Below are positions 1 to 9,657 of a DNA stretch of 64,000 bases, piece by piece; positions within the stretch are counted from its first letter, which is position 1; each line of letters starts with the position of its first letter. This DNA comes from an uncultured delta proteobacterium (GTDB lineage: Bacteria; Desulfobacterota; Desulfobulbia; Desulfobulbales; Desulfocapsaceae). Location: positions 1,224,960 to 1,288,959 of the forward strand of contig CAVSJK010000002.1 of the NCBI GenBank assembly GCA_963728385.1, given 5' to 3'. The notes below the pieces were generated by a model that was not told the origin of the DNA, searched no databases, and was given only the letters and a program-made list of their open reading frames with translations. A program made the position numbers and the translations under genes.

Positions 1-29
1 ATGCCATTTAAGACACACTCCTAAAAACT

Positions 30-638
30 TCAGACTTCCGATACATCTATCCGTCCACGACGAATAATGGCAAGTTTACCATTTCGTTCACTGAGTATCG
101 TCGAACATAACCCTGCTGGAGTTTGTCCGCCATCAATAATGTAATCAATCTTATTCCCTAAGTTTTCAACAACTTCCCGCGCAGATCGAGCAGGATAATG
201 GCCCGATATATTGGCACTGGTGGCGGTAATCGGCTTGCCCATCCGGCTAACCAGTTCCCGAGCAATCGGATGGGGCGAAATCCGTATACCAACAGTTCCA
301 CTATTTCCACAAATTCGTCGATTAAGTGATTTATCGGCAAGGAAAATCAGCGTCAGAGGTCCCGGCCAATATTTTTTTATTAACGGCCAATATACTGGCG
401 GAACCGCCTGGACGATGGAGCTGAGTTGTTCAATTTTTGCAATTAAAAGAAGTAATGGCTTATCCACGGGCCTGTTCTTTATTGCAAACAATTTTGCCAC
501 AGCTGAGTCACAATCGGGATCGACAGCAAGTCCATAGTAGGTCTCGGTCGGAAAAGCAACGATCCCGCCATGGCGTAAAAGACTTACAGCAAGATCAATT
601 GATGTTCCCACCATATCATGACTGTTATTTTCATACAT
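30..638 (-). CDS. tsaC: L-threonylcarbamoyladenylate synthase (YrdC/TsaC family, single domain)
   Basis: Track ORF 30..662. Motifs GGIVAFPTETYYGLAVD, KNRPVDKPLLLLI, WPGPLTLI and ITATSANISG fit the YrdC fold. The track start at 662 is TTG; the first ATG is at 638 (alternative ATG at 614). Overlaps the purD-purE stop. Start uncertain. Confidence 0.85.
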   Translation of the reverse strand: MYENNSHDMVGTSIDLAVSLLRHGGIVAFPTETYYGLAVDPDCDSAVAKLFAIKNRPVDKPLLLLIAKIEQLSSIVQAVPPVYWPLIKKYWPGPLTLIFLADKSLNRRICGNSGTVGIRISPHPIARELVSRMGKPITATSANISGHYPARSAREVVENLGNKIDYIIDGGQTPAGLCSTILSERNGKLAIIRRGRIDVSEV

Positions 639-2406
639 GTATTTTTTTGGCTTTCTCCTCAACCTCGACAGCCATATCCTGACGTAATTTTATAAGTTTT
701 TTACCAAGATCTGGATTCGTTAAAGCGAGAATTTTCAATGCCATTACCCCAGCATTCCGGGCTCCCGCTTTGCCGATGCCCATGGTCGCAACCGGTACGC
801 CGGGCGGCATCTGCACTGTAGAAAGCAGAGCATCCAAACCTCCCAGAGATGAAGCATCCAGCGGTACTCCGATAACGGGAAGATCCGTATGTGCAGCGAG
901 TACTCCAGCCAGATGTGCCGCCATACCAGCACCGGCAATTATCACCTTCAGTCCCTTCTGCTGCGCTGTTTTGGCATATTCAACCGCTTTTTCAGGAGTT
1001 CGGTGAGCAGAGGCAACTGTGATTTCACAACAGATATCCATCGAGTGTAAAAAATCAACCGCGGACTTCATAACCGGAAAATCGGAGTCACTACCCATGA
1101 TGATTCCGACCAACGGCTCTTGTGCAGCAATTGAACCGCGATTCAAAGCTTTGTCGCCAATGTCCCTTCGAAAGTAACAATTGGTCCAATGAATCTCATC
1201 AACCGCGATATAGGCTTTGGCTATGGCATCCTTTAAAGTATTTCCAACTGCGGTGACACCAAGAACCCTACCGCCGTTGCTAACAATCCGACCTCGTCTT
1301 CTTGCGGTACCGGCATGAAATATTTCCACTCCCTGACACGCGGAAGCCTTTGTTAATCCCTTAATTATTTTGTCGTTTTCATAAGATCCAGGATATCCAC
1401 CGGAAGCCATAACAATGCAGACTGTAGGACGGGGATCGATTTTCATTTCAACACGATCCAATTTCCCATCAATTGCCGCTTCAAATATATCGATGATATC
1501 ACTTTTTAACCGCATCAATAGGGGTTGAGCTTCAGGATCTCCAAATCGACAATTAAACTCAAGAACATTGATCGTATCGCCATCGATCATTAACCCCGCA
1601 TAGAGCATACCTTTATACGGACGACCCTCCGCCTCCAATCCTTTGATCGTAGGCAGCATAACCCTGTTCATTACAAAATCCGCGACTTCATCGGTCACTA
1701 CCGGAGCCGGTGAGTATGCTCCCATTCCACCGGTATTCGGCCCCTCATCCTTTTCAAAGATCGCTTTGTGATCCTGTGAGGTTGGAAGAGGAAGAACCGT
1801 TTTCCCGTCCGTAAAAGCAATAAAAGAGGCTTCTTCTCCGGTAAGGCAGGATTCAATAATAATTTTGTCACCGGCACTGCCGAAAGCTTTGTCTGCCATT
1901 ATAAGATCCACGGCATCCTTTGCTTCCTCAACGTTCTTCGCAACAATCACGCCCTTTCCTGCTGCGAGGCCGTCGGCCTTAACAACGATCGGTGCGCCAT
2001 GGGATTCGATGTATTTCTTCGCCTTCTCACTGTCCTTGAAAACTTTGAACGATGCGGTAGGAATGTTATATTTTTCCAAGAATTCTTTGGAAAAAACCTT
2101 ACTTCCTTCAAGTTGGGCGGCTTTCATGGAAGGTCCGAAAATCCTCAAGCCATTCTTTTCAAAGAGATCTACAATACCGGCTACCAAGGAGGATTCCGGA
2201 CCAACCACCGTTAAATCGATTTTTTCTCTTTTGGCAAATTTCAGTAACTTTTTAATATCTGTTACTGAAATGTCGACGCACTCGGCTACTTGGCTGATGC
2301 CGGCATTTCCAGGGGCGCAAAAAATCTTATCGACCTTTTCGCTTTGCTTGATTTTCCACACGAGCGCATGTTCCCGCCCTCCTGAACCAACTACAAGAAT
2401 TTTCAT
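631..2406 (-). CDS. purD/purE: Fused phosphoribosylamine-glycine ligase (PurD) / N5-CAIR mutase-type PurE
   Basis: Single 591-aa ORF. Residues 1 to ~425 are ATP-grasp PurD (MKILVVGSGGREHAL, GPNTGGMGAYSP). Residues ~430-591 are PurE (VGIIMGSDSDFPVM, SAHRTPEK, AGMAAHLAGV, VPVATM). No stop or frame change between the halves. Confidence 0.9.
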   Translation of the reverse strand: MKILVVGSGGREHALVWKIKQSEKVDKIFCAPGNAGISQVAECVDISVTDIKKLLKFAKREKIDLTVVGPESSLVAGIVDLFEKNGLRIFGPSMKAAQLEGSKVFSKEFLEKYNIPTASFKVFKDSEKAKKYIESHGAPIVVKADGLAAGKGVIVAKNVEEAKDAVDLIMADKAFGSAGDKIIIESCLTGEEASFIAFTDGKTVLPLPTSQDHKAIFEKDEGPNTGGMGAYSPAPVVTDEVADFVMNRVMLPTIKGLEAEGRPYKGMLYAGLMIDGDTINVLEFNCRFGDPEAQPLLMRLKSDIIDIFEAAIDGKLDRVEMKIDPRPTVCIVMASGGYPGSYENDKIIKGLTKASACQGVEIFHAGTARRRGRIVSNGGRVLGVTAVGNTLKDAIAKAYIAVDEIHWTNCYFRRDIGDKALNRGSIAAQEPLVGIIMGSDSDFPVMKSAVDFLHSMDICCEITVASAHRTPEKAVEYAKTAQQKGLKVIIAGAGMAAHLAGVLAAHTDLPVIGVPLDASSLGGLDALLSTVQMPPGVPVATMGIGKAGARNAGVMALKILALTNPDLGKKLIKLRQDMAVEVEEKAKKIHV

Positions 2407-2478
2407 AGGCTACTCCAGTCCGATTGGTAATTTTATCTCTTTTATGAATTCTTTTCACAATAACAAAATAGGCCGGCA

Positions 2479-2524
2479 CCCCCCAAGGGGGCACTCTCTT
2501 TAGTCCCCATGCTTTGTAGGGGGC
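2479..2524. repeat. Family-3 repeat unit
   Basis: cccccaagggggcactctctttagtCCCCATGCTTTGTAGGGggc. Compare 35031-35075. Confidence 0.65.
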
Positions 2525-2532
2525 TAATAACT

Positions 2533-2698
2533 TTGATGGACTCGTAAAAAGCCCGATCTACGTCGTTGTAGATCTGAAACAAGGATTTGCCGTATCACAT
2601 GTATTGCCAAATCCTCGTTTCAGATACTACGCCTAGTATATCGAGATTTTTCCAGAGCTCATCTCAGCAACTTCGATGACTTTTTACGAGATCATCAA
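2533..2698. repeat. Family-2 MITE-like element bounded by CTCGTAAAAA / TTTTTACGAG
   Basis: Ends are TTGATGGACTCGTAAAAAG ... CTTTTTACGAGATCATCAA (19-bp imperfect terminal inverted repeats). Internal inverted repeat tctgaaacaaggatttg/caaatcctcgtttcaga. Confidence 0.75.
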
Positions 2699-2705
2699 CT
2701 TTAGA

Positions 2706-2745
2706 CAGATTGTTTTCTTGCCAAAAAAAACAAGAAAACAATCTG
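2706..2745. repeat. Perfect 15-bp stem hairpin CAGATTGTTTTCTTG-N10-CAAGAAAACAATCTG
   Basis: Seen directly in the purD-purE / TetR divergent intergenic region. The loop is ccaaaaaaaa. Confidence 0.8.
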
Positions 2746-2807
2746 CAAGGTACTAATCATCCCTATCGCTTTGATTGTTCGTTGACAAAAGGGATGTGAA
2801 ATATTAC

Positions 2808-2827
2808 ATGAATGAATAGTCATTCAT
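2808..2827. promoter_or_regulatory. Candidate TetR operator: perfect palindrome ATGAATGA-ATAG-TCATTCAT
   Basis: 8-bp perfect inverted arms about 45 nt upstream of the TetR ATG (2871). TTGACA at 2782-2787 lies just upstream. Confidence 0.4.
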
Positions 2828-2870
2828 AATTTTGATCTCTTTCTTTAGTTTCGATCTTTCAATTTTTGGA

Positions 2871-3467
2871 ATGAAAGCAGAAAACAAACATTCAAAAATA
2901 ATTTCGGCTGCAACAAAGGTCTTTGCAAAAAAAGGATTTTTCAACGCCAGAATATCCGATATTGCCAAAGAAGCCAAGGTTGCCGATGGAACTATTTATC
3001 TCTATTTCAATAACAAATACGATATCCTGCTCTCTGTATTTGAAGAAGAAGTAGGCAAAATTGTCGAAAGGACCGATAAATTACTCAGCGTTGAAGAAGA
3101 TCCAAGGAAAATGCTGGAAATCTTTACGATCCAGCACCTTATGGCCATGAAAAAAAACAAGAACCTTGCTGAAGTAATTCAGATCGAGCTTCGACAAACC
3201 AATAAGGTTATCAAAGACTATCGAAATAATAAGTTTGGCGAATACATAGGAATCATTGCCAATATAATAAAAAAAGGTCAACAGGCCGGTATCTATAAGG
3301 TTGATATTAAACCGGATATTGCCAAACGAGTTTATTTTGGCGCGCTGGACGAAGTATCACGAGTCTGGAATGCGTCTCTTGAGACACATTATACTGTAGA
3401 AGAAATTGCAGATCAGGTCCTTGGTATGTTCCTGGCCGGAATCCTACAAAATTCGGCTGAGAACTAA
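2871..3467 (+). CDS. TetR/AcrR family transcriptional regulator
   Basis: Track ORF 2832..3467 starts at TTG; I use ATG 2871 (MKAENKHSKIISAATKVFAKKGFFNARISDIAKEAKVADGTIYLYF is a typical TetR N-terminal HTH). Confidence 0.85.
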   Translation: MKAENKHSKIISAATKVFAKKGFFNARISDIAKEAKVADGTIYLYFNNKYDILLSVFEEEVGKIVERTDKLLSVEEDPRKMLEIFTIQHLMAMKKNKNLAEVIQIELRQTNKVIKDYRNNKFGEYIGIIANIIKKGQQAGIYKVDIKPDIAKRVYFGALDEVSRVWNASLETHYTVEEIADQVLGMFLAGILQNSAEN

Positions 3468-3503
3468 GGGCATATCCTAAAAACAGGTCCATCGCGCGTG
3501 TTC

Positions 3504-3989
3504 TTATGAAAACCCGGAGGGCCGGATTGATATCACTTCAAATTCTCTTTTTCCACCAGGCGTAACCGTCACAATCTCATCCCCGACTTCTTTGCCGAGC
3601 ATACTTCGTCCCAACGGAGAGAGCACGGATATAGACCCTTTTTTCACATCCGCTTCCTCCGGTCCTAATAACTGATAGACAATCTCCTCGTCCGTATCGA
3701 GATCAAGCAGTTCAACTACAGTTCCAAAAACTATGCTATTTGTGCTCACTTGTAAGCAGTCAATCACTTCTGCCCGTGACAATTTATCCTTTAATTCCAG
3801 AATGCGTCCTTCGATGTGACCCTGCCGGTCTTTAGCCGCATGATATTCCGCATTCTCTTTCAGGTCACCATGCTCACGTGCAACCTCAATGGCCTTGACG
3901 ACCACACCTCTTTCGACTCTTTCCAGGTGCTGCAGTTCTTCCCTTAACTTTTTATTGCCCGTTTTGGACATCGGAATTCTTTCAATCAT
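3504..3989 (-). CDS. greA: Transcription elongation factor GreA
   Basis: GDLKENAEYHAAKDRQ coiled-coil motif and a C-terminal FKBP-like domain. Start moved to ATG 3989 (MIERIP), preceded by GGAGG. Confidence 0.93.
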   Translation of the reverse strand: MIERIPMSKTGNKKLREELQHLERVERGVVVKAIEVAREHGDLKENAEYHAAKDRQGHIEGRILELKDKLSRAEVIDCLQVSTNSIVFGTVVELLDLDTDEEIVYQLLGPEEADVKKGSISVLSPLGRSMLGKEVGDEIVTVTPGGKREFEVISIRPSGFS

Positions 3990-4071
3990 GTAAACCTCCA
4001 TAAATAAAAAAATCCTGCAAGGCACTCAGGTCACGGAGTCCCATACAGGAGAAACAGACAGGGTAGTTAAA

Positions 4072-7000
4072 TCACCAGCGATAGTGCAGAGACATTGACA
4101 ATGCTTTTTCCTCATACTCATCGCTTTTTGATAATGTAAAGTTGCCTTTTAATAGAAAATGGGGACTCATTTCAAGGAAAATATCGAATTTGGTGGTAAA
4201 TGTGAAATTTTCATTGTCTTCGATACCAACAGCGGTGTTTATCGCATAGTAGCTCATGCTTTTTTTTGAGCCTTGCTCATACCCCAAAAAATCCTGCTGG
4301 AAATTTACCCCCAGGCGATGCTCTGAAAATGATGAGGGACTCCAATATGGCACATCATCGGAAGCTGTGTTCCTGGAAAAATCCGTCAGAGAACTGTTCT
4401 TGTCTTCACTACTCAGGTATTGGTAATCATAACGTAATGTCCATCGTAAAGATTCACCAAAAACATTGTAGGACGAAAAGCCGTGGAATCTGTTTTGAGC
4501 ATTGCCGTCACTATAATAACGATGCTGCAGATCTCCACCGAATGATACTCCTGACTGTGTTTCAATACTTAATCCCGTATCGATTGCCTGCCAGTATATT
4601 TCCCGCTCGATGGCCGTGATTGTATCATACACCTGTCTTTTTTCAAAAAGCAGATAACCATTAATATAATCATCCAGCTGCCCCTTTAATCCAATTTCAT
4701 ACTGATATGTATTACCGCCATTGCCTCCTGGTTTTTCAGCGCCTCCCCCTAATATCAAGTCATAGGCCTTGGTGAATTCATACGTCGCGAGACCATAGAG
4801 AGAATTGGTTTGTACTTTTGCGGCGGTGTCCAATGATTCGAAATGATTATTGGTGTAGGATAATCGGATATCTTTATCAAGATCGGGAGTAATCCAAAAC
4901 TCTGTACCGATACTCGTTCTTCCTATATCTATGCTTCCATCTCTGCCGCTCCTTTCCTCATACGCGGCGTTAAATATACTCTGGGGACTGATCTGCAACG
5001 TGTTCCTTTCCATTGATTCAGCCAGTTCAGGAGCTGTAGTTCCGCTGTTTTGCAAAGCCTCGTACATCTGGGCTTCTTTTCGATACTTACCAATTTTGCC
5101 ATAGACGGTCGCAAGATCAATCATCCCCTCTGAGGAATTTTCTTTTAAAAGTCGCTTATAACTTTTCTCGGCATAATAATAATTACGATTAAAAATTGCT
5201 TTTCTGGCCATATATTCGTTAGTTATCAATTTTTGCCAGCTGTATTTTTCAAAAAATTGAGATACTATTTTCCCAGCTTCATTAACTCTATTTTCTATCA
5301 AAAATGTTGGCTCCATCAATTCATCGAGTACATCGGGTTCGAACTGCAGCATCTGCATTACGGAATTCCAGAAAGTATCTTCTTCCGTAAGATGAGGGTA
5401 GTCAATTTGATGCTGTCGAAATTTATCAATCACCTGTTTAAGTACAGGTCGAGCCAATAATTGCTTGTATATCTTTAAAGCCTTTTCATGTTGTTTATCG
5501 CCCCATAACAATCTGGCAAAAGTAAGGCGTTCTTCAACCTCTTGGGCGTATGAAAGTGGTTTTGCCCCTTTTTCAACAGTATCGGCTCTTCCCACTTCAT
5601 TTTTCATTAAGGCAAGTCCCTGCTTATACCTCCCTCTATGAGCTTCGACTTCAATCTGTTTCTGAAGGAAATAGGGTTCATCGGGAAATCGCCGATTCAG
5701 ATGCGATAATGAATCAGCAGCGAGATCGCCATTGCCTCTAACAGCCAGGAGTTCAGCCCACATAATGTTTCCGGCCACAGAGGAGGGGTATTTCTTGAGA
5801 ACTAGTTGTAGATGTTTTCCCGCCGACTGGTAATCAAAGTACTTAATTTCTTTGGCGGCAAGAGCAAGTAAGCGGGAGAACACGGGGTTTCCATCGATAG
5901 AGATTATGTCGGCAAGGTTGTTCTTTCGTTCACTATGTTTTAATCCGCCTTGAAGAAGAATTTCATATAACATCAGTAGATCAGGATCAACGCACCCACT
6001 ATCCAAAAGCTCGCAGGATAATGCATAGGCCTCCTCTAAATTCCCGTTATAAAAGCTCAGCCGGCAGCGCTGAATCTTCAAATTTTCCAAAAGAGGCTTT
6101 TCCTCACTGGAGATCCGTCTTTGTTTTGAAGACTTCAAATACCGGTCAATCAGTTCCATCCCGGATTCAAACTTTCCTTCAGCCTTCAACAGTTCCACTT
6201 TCAAAAGAAGCACCCTGCTTCCCTGTGTATTTTGGGAAAAGTTCGGCTCCGTCTGCTTGGTAATCTTTTTCAATGCCTGGTACCAGCTCTCTGCCGCTGC
6301 TGGATTTTTATCTTTAATGGCATTTGCAGTCAGCTGAAAAAGGATATCTTCAATAAGGATGTCCTTGTTCAATAGCTGACGAAGTATTTGTTCTGCTTGC
6401 CGCTTTTTTCCTTCATGCCGCAAGGACGAAGCTTTATGTATAGCCAATTCGGTAATGATTTCCGGCTTGCCGGCAAAATGCAATTTTGCCCAGGAGTCAA
6501 TCTTCTCATATTCCTGAAATAGGTAATTAAATGAGAGCAAATCTAGATAATTCAACACAACATTTGCAGGTAATCTACCGTCCCTCTGCCGCAATCCCTC
6601 GTTAAAGAGTGACATCAATGATCCAGCATCCCCAATTTTTCCAGCCAGCTTAAGGCATTTAGTCCTGAGAGGCAAATCAAGCGGATTAATTGCCAGAGCT
6701 CTTTTAAAGGATACCAGTGCTTCGATTTCCTGACCGAGATGTCTCTCAGTCTCTCCCTTCAACAGGTTGAATGATTTGGTCGTGCTGACTTTTCCCGGAA
6801 CTTCATTTAGATAGTACAGAGCTTTACTGTATTCCCTTAAGCGGTAATACTGACGGGCTATTCGTAAAGCAAGGTCTTCCTCGGAGGAAGAATGTGCATA
6901 AATAATTGTAAGAACCTCAATCAGGTCCTTAATCTGCCCACTTTTTTCAAAAAGGTCGGCCATTTCATAATAGATTGCTGTCCGATTCGGTGTGATTTCA

Positions 7001-8088
7001 GCTAGGTCCTTCCAAAGTTGTCCAGCTCCGTCATTTTCTACAATTGGCAGAAACTCCTTTGCTAAACCGGATTGAATGTCAGATATTTTTTTTCCTATTT
7101 CCGGATCGCTTGGATGCCGTTTCAAGTATCGATCAAGAAAAAATAGCGCTCTGTCAGGCCGATGCAAATCTCTCTGACAGATATTTGCTGCATCTAGAAG
7201 AAATTCCTCATTATCTGCGCTATTGTCGGTAAGATAGGTAATCTGAAAAAGCGCGTCCTCGAATTTACCGCTCTTGATATAAAATTGAGCTAATTTTCGC
7301 CGAAACGGCATATATTCGGGATGATGATCAAGGTACCTCAGCTGAAGCGTATTTCTTTGTTTTTCATAGCCGGGAACATCAAAAACCTGGGCAGCTTGAA
7401 AGATTATCCGATCATCCACTTTGGAGTTTTTCAGCAATCTTGTGTAAAGTTTTCTCGCTTTTTCGCCTTTTCCTAGATCTTTTGCATCCAAAGCCAGATA
7501 ATGTAGTACCGTGCCGTTTTCCGGATGCCGTAGGCTGTACTGCTCAAGAAGTGCAAAGGAAAGTTCTTTCTTTCCCAGATTCCTCAAACTGGTCGCAAGC
7601 CCTAAAAGAGCGGCATCGGAGTTCTTCCCTGCAGGATCTTTCTCGAAAACCTTGCCGTAATATCGAACAGCGGACTCAAAATTTTTTAAGTGCGCGGCAA
7701 TTGCGGCACCAGCAAGAAGATAATCGTTATTGTTTGGGTTTTTATCCAGCAAACCACCAAAAATTTTTTCAGCAGCTGAATAGTCCTCCACTTTCAGGAG
7801 AACTTTACAATATTCCCAATTTGCTTCTTCAATGTTCGGTTTAATCCTGATCAAATCAGAATATGCCTTCACTGCGAGCAAATAATCTTCATCACGCGAT
7901 AGATTTCTCGCCTTATCCCAAAGGACTTTCCATTCAGGGGATTCCGGTTCACCTTGAATCATGGAGATGTTTCTATCCGGAGTGATCCCATCTCCAGCTG
8001 AATATGCGGCAGCCGGCAGCCCTAAGAATAGGATGAAAAAGAGAAAGATATGGCAGGTAATGACTGTCTTCAGCCGAGATCGAGTCAT
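4072..8088 (-). CDS. Large TPR-repeat protein with C-terminal outer-membrane beta-barrel (BcsC/PgaA/PelB-like architecture)
   Basis: Track ORF runs to 8259. I start at ATG 8088, where MTRSRLKTVITCHIFLFFILFLGLPAAAYSAG reads as a signal peptide. The upstream 57 codons run into repeat copy 8223-8284. About 1000 aa of TPR-like helical repeats. The last ~330 aa show an alternating beta-strand pattern ending SLHYRW (aromatic C-terminus). Confidence 0.7.
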   Translation of the reverse strand: MTRSRLKTVITCHIFLFFILFLGLPAAAYSAGDGITPDRNISMIQGEPESPEWKVLWDKARNLSRDEDYLLAVKAYSDLIRIKPNIEEANWEYCKVLLKVEDYSAAEKIFGGLLDKNPNNNDYLLAGAAIAAHLKNFESAVRYYGKVFEKDPAGKNSDAALLGLATSLRNLGKKELSFALLEQYSLRHPENGTVLHYLALDAKDLGKGEKARKLYTRLLKNSKVDDRIIFQAAQVFDVPGYEKQRNTLQLRYLDHHPEYMPFRRKLAQFYIKSGKFEDALFQITYLTDNSADNEEFLLDAANICQRDLHRPDRALFFLDRYLKRHPSDPEIGKKISDIQSGLAKEFLPIVENDGAGQLWKDLAEITPNRTAIYYEMADLFEKSGQIKDLIEVLTIIYAHSSSEEDLALRIARQYYRLREYSKALYYLNEVPGKVSTTKSFNLLKGETERHLGQEIEALVSFKRALAINPLDLPLRTKCLKLAGKIGDAGSLMSLFNEGLRQRDGRLPANVVLNYLDLLSFNYLFQEYEKIDSWAKLHFAGKPEIITELAIHKASSLRHEGKKRQAEQILRQLLNKDILIEDILFQLTANAIKDKNPAAAESWYQALKKITKQTEPNFSQNTQGSRVLLLKVELLKAEGKFESGMELIDRYLKSSKQRRISSEEKPLLENLKIQRCRLSFYNGNLEEAYALSCELLDSGCVDPDLLMLYEILLQGGLKHSERKNNLADIISIDGNPVFSRLLALAAKEIKYFDYQSAGKHLQLVLKKYPSSVAGNIMWAELLAVRGNGDLAADSLSHLNRRFPDEPYFLQKQIEVEAHRGRYKQGLALMKNEVGRADTVEKGAKPLSYAQEVEERLTFARLLWGDKQHEKALKIYKQLLARPVLKQVIDKFRQHQIDYPHLTEEDTFWNSVMQMLQFEPDVLDELMEPTFLIENRVNEAGKIVSQFFEKYSWQKLITNEYMARKAIFNRNYYYAEKSYKRLLKENSSEGMIDLATVYGKIGKYRKEAQMYEALQNSGTTAPELAESMERNTLQISPQSIFNAAYEERSGRDGSIDIGRTSIGTEFWITPDLDKDIRLSYTNNHFESLDTAAKVQTNSLYGLATYEFTKAYDLILGGGAEKPGGNGGNTYQYEIGLKGQLDDYINGYLLFEKRQVYDTITAIEREIYWQAIDTGLSIETQSGVSFGGDLQHRYYSDGNAQNRFHGFSSYNVFGESLRWTLRYDYQYLSSEDKNSSLTDFSRNTASDDVPYWSPSSFSEHRLGVNFQQDFLGYEQGSKKSMSYYAINTAVGIEDNENFTFTTKFDIFLEMSPHFLLKGNFTLSKSDEYEEKALSMSLHYRW

Positions 8089-8222
8089 TAGTGGATAAGG
8101 GTCTTTACCAAGAAATGACTGACATTTTGGTAAACGTTTACCAGCACCCGATATACGCTGGATCAGACCGCAGTGCATAGACCAACAATAGTCGGTCAGC
8201 CTGCTTGTTCGCCTCTGGAGCA

Positions 8223-8284
8223 CTGCTGAACGTTTACAGCTCGGGAGTCGTGCGAACATCTTGTTGTTCCTGGTGAACGGTTAC
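8223..8284. repeat. Family-1 mosaic repeat, short (~60 bp) module
   Basis: ctGAACGTTTACAGctcgggagtcgtgcgaac...GGTGAACGGTTAC. Same module as 24814-24873, 35183-35240, 53017-53077 and 63813-63871 (inverted). Confidence 0.8.
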
Positions 8285-8435
8285 ATATTTTACATAAACC
8301 ATCCTTATTTTCCACATTTACTTTTTTCCGTTTCAAGAGTGGTCGGATAGTACGGTGCGACGCACGAATCTGTCACCGGAGCATTGAACACCAAAAAAGT
8401 AAATGCGGTAAAAATCATGCCCTCATGCTCACCTG

Positions 8436-9620
8436 TCAGCTGTAAAACTGCACTATTTTCTCAACGACATAGACCTGCATTTCTTTGGTAAGTTCCGGAT
8501 AGATAGGTAAAGCTATGGTTGTGTCGGCAGCCTTCTCCGCTTCTGAATAATGAATACCGGTTTCCTGGGCACCGAGACATTCCTGCTTATGTAGTGGAAT
8601 CGGATAATAAATTTCACAGCCGATATCATTTTTACCCAGCCACTCACGAAGTTCATTTCTTCGTTCAACACGCAGCACATATTGATTATAAATGTGAACA
8701 CTCGGTATTATTTTACCTCTTGGACCGGCAGTGTTGGGATACACAACTTGCGGCAAAATAACTTTCTCATTATCAATTAGGCCGGTTTGGAGAAGCAGTC
8801 CGTCATATTGCGCGGCATTTTCACGTCTCTTTGCGTGCCAACTTTCAAGATAAGGTAATTTAACTCTCAGTGCTGCTGCCTGAATCGGATCGAGGCGGAA
8901 GTTACCTCCAACGATTTTGTGGTAGTATTTTGGTTCTGCACCATGATTCCTCATTAAAACAAGCCGCTCAGCGAACTGCCGATCCTGAGTTACGACCATA
9001 CCACCGTCTCCGATACCGCCGAGATTTTTACTGGGAAAAAAGGAAAAGCAACCGGCTAGACTCATGGATCCGGCCTTTTTATAGAGAAGACTCTTTCCTT
9101 CTCTCATAGGGTATTGCGCACCAATGGCTTGAGCAGCATCCTCAATAACTGGAACTCCGTAACGTTTTGCCAGTTCAATAATCGGGGACATGTCTGCGCA
9201 TTGACCATACAGATGAACGGGAATTATCGCTTTAATTTTCCGTTCAGTGTCCGCCGCAAGTACTTCCTCCATCCGGACAGGGTCAATGTTGAAGCTGATC
9301 GGATCGATATCCGCGAATACAGGCGTCGCACCTACCCTGAGTATGACGCCCATTGTGGCAAAGAAGGAATAAGGTGTTGTGAGGACCTTATCTCCCTGCC
9401 CAATGCCAAGACTCATGAGGGAGATTAATAAAGCGTCAGTGCCGCTGGAAACACCTACTCCATATTCAGCGCCACAGTATTCAGCTATTTCTTTTTCAAG
9501 CGCCTCAACTTCAGGTCCCTGGATATATCGGGTTGATTTGACTACACGAGTAACAGCAGCCATAAGATCATCTTCGAGGTACTCCAGTTGTGCCTGGAGG
9601 TCGAGCAAAGGTACTTTCAT
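8436..9620 (-). CDS. DegT/DnrJ/EryC1/StrS family PLP-dependent sugar aminotransferase
   Basis: 394 aa. N-terminal MKVPLLDLQAQ, GTDALLISL, and the active-site lysine context SFFPSKNLGGIGDGG. Confidence 0.88.
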   Translation of the reverse strand: MKVPLLDLQAQLEYLEDDLMAAVTRVVKSTRYIQGPEVEALEKEIAEYCGAEYGVGVSSGTDALLISLMSLGIGQGDKVLTTPYSFFATMGVILRVGATPVFADIDPISFNIDPVRMEEVLAADTERKIKAIIPVHLYGQCADMSPIIELAKRYGVPVIEDAAQAIGAQYPMREGKSLLYKKAGSMSLAGCFSFFPSKNLGGIGDGGMVVTQDRQFAERLVLMRNHGAEPKYYHKIVGGNFRLDPIQAAALRVKLPYLESWHAKRRENAAQYDGLLLQTGLIDNEKVILPQVVYPNTAGPRGKIIPSVHIYNQYVLRVERRNELREWLGKNDIGCEIYYPIPLHKQECLGAQETGIHYSEAEKAADTTIALPIYPELTKEMQVYVVEKIVQFYS

Positions 9621-9657
9621 AATATCAAGTTGCGTTGTAAATTAGTCTATATGAGCA

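Noticed and set aside
1865-2503. 212-aa plus-strand ORF (and 1999..2214)
   Set aside because: It is entirely antisense to the well-supported purD coding region. The sequence is low-complexity and Ser/Ala/Thr/Phe-rich. It is a shadow ORF.
8089-8259. N-terminal 57 codons of the track ORF for the TPR protein
   Set aside because: This stretch runs into family-1 repeat copy 8223-8284 and encodes no recognisable signal. ATG 8088 gives a clean signal peptide.
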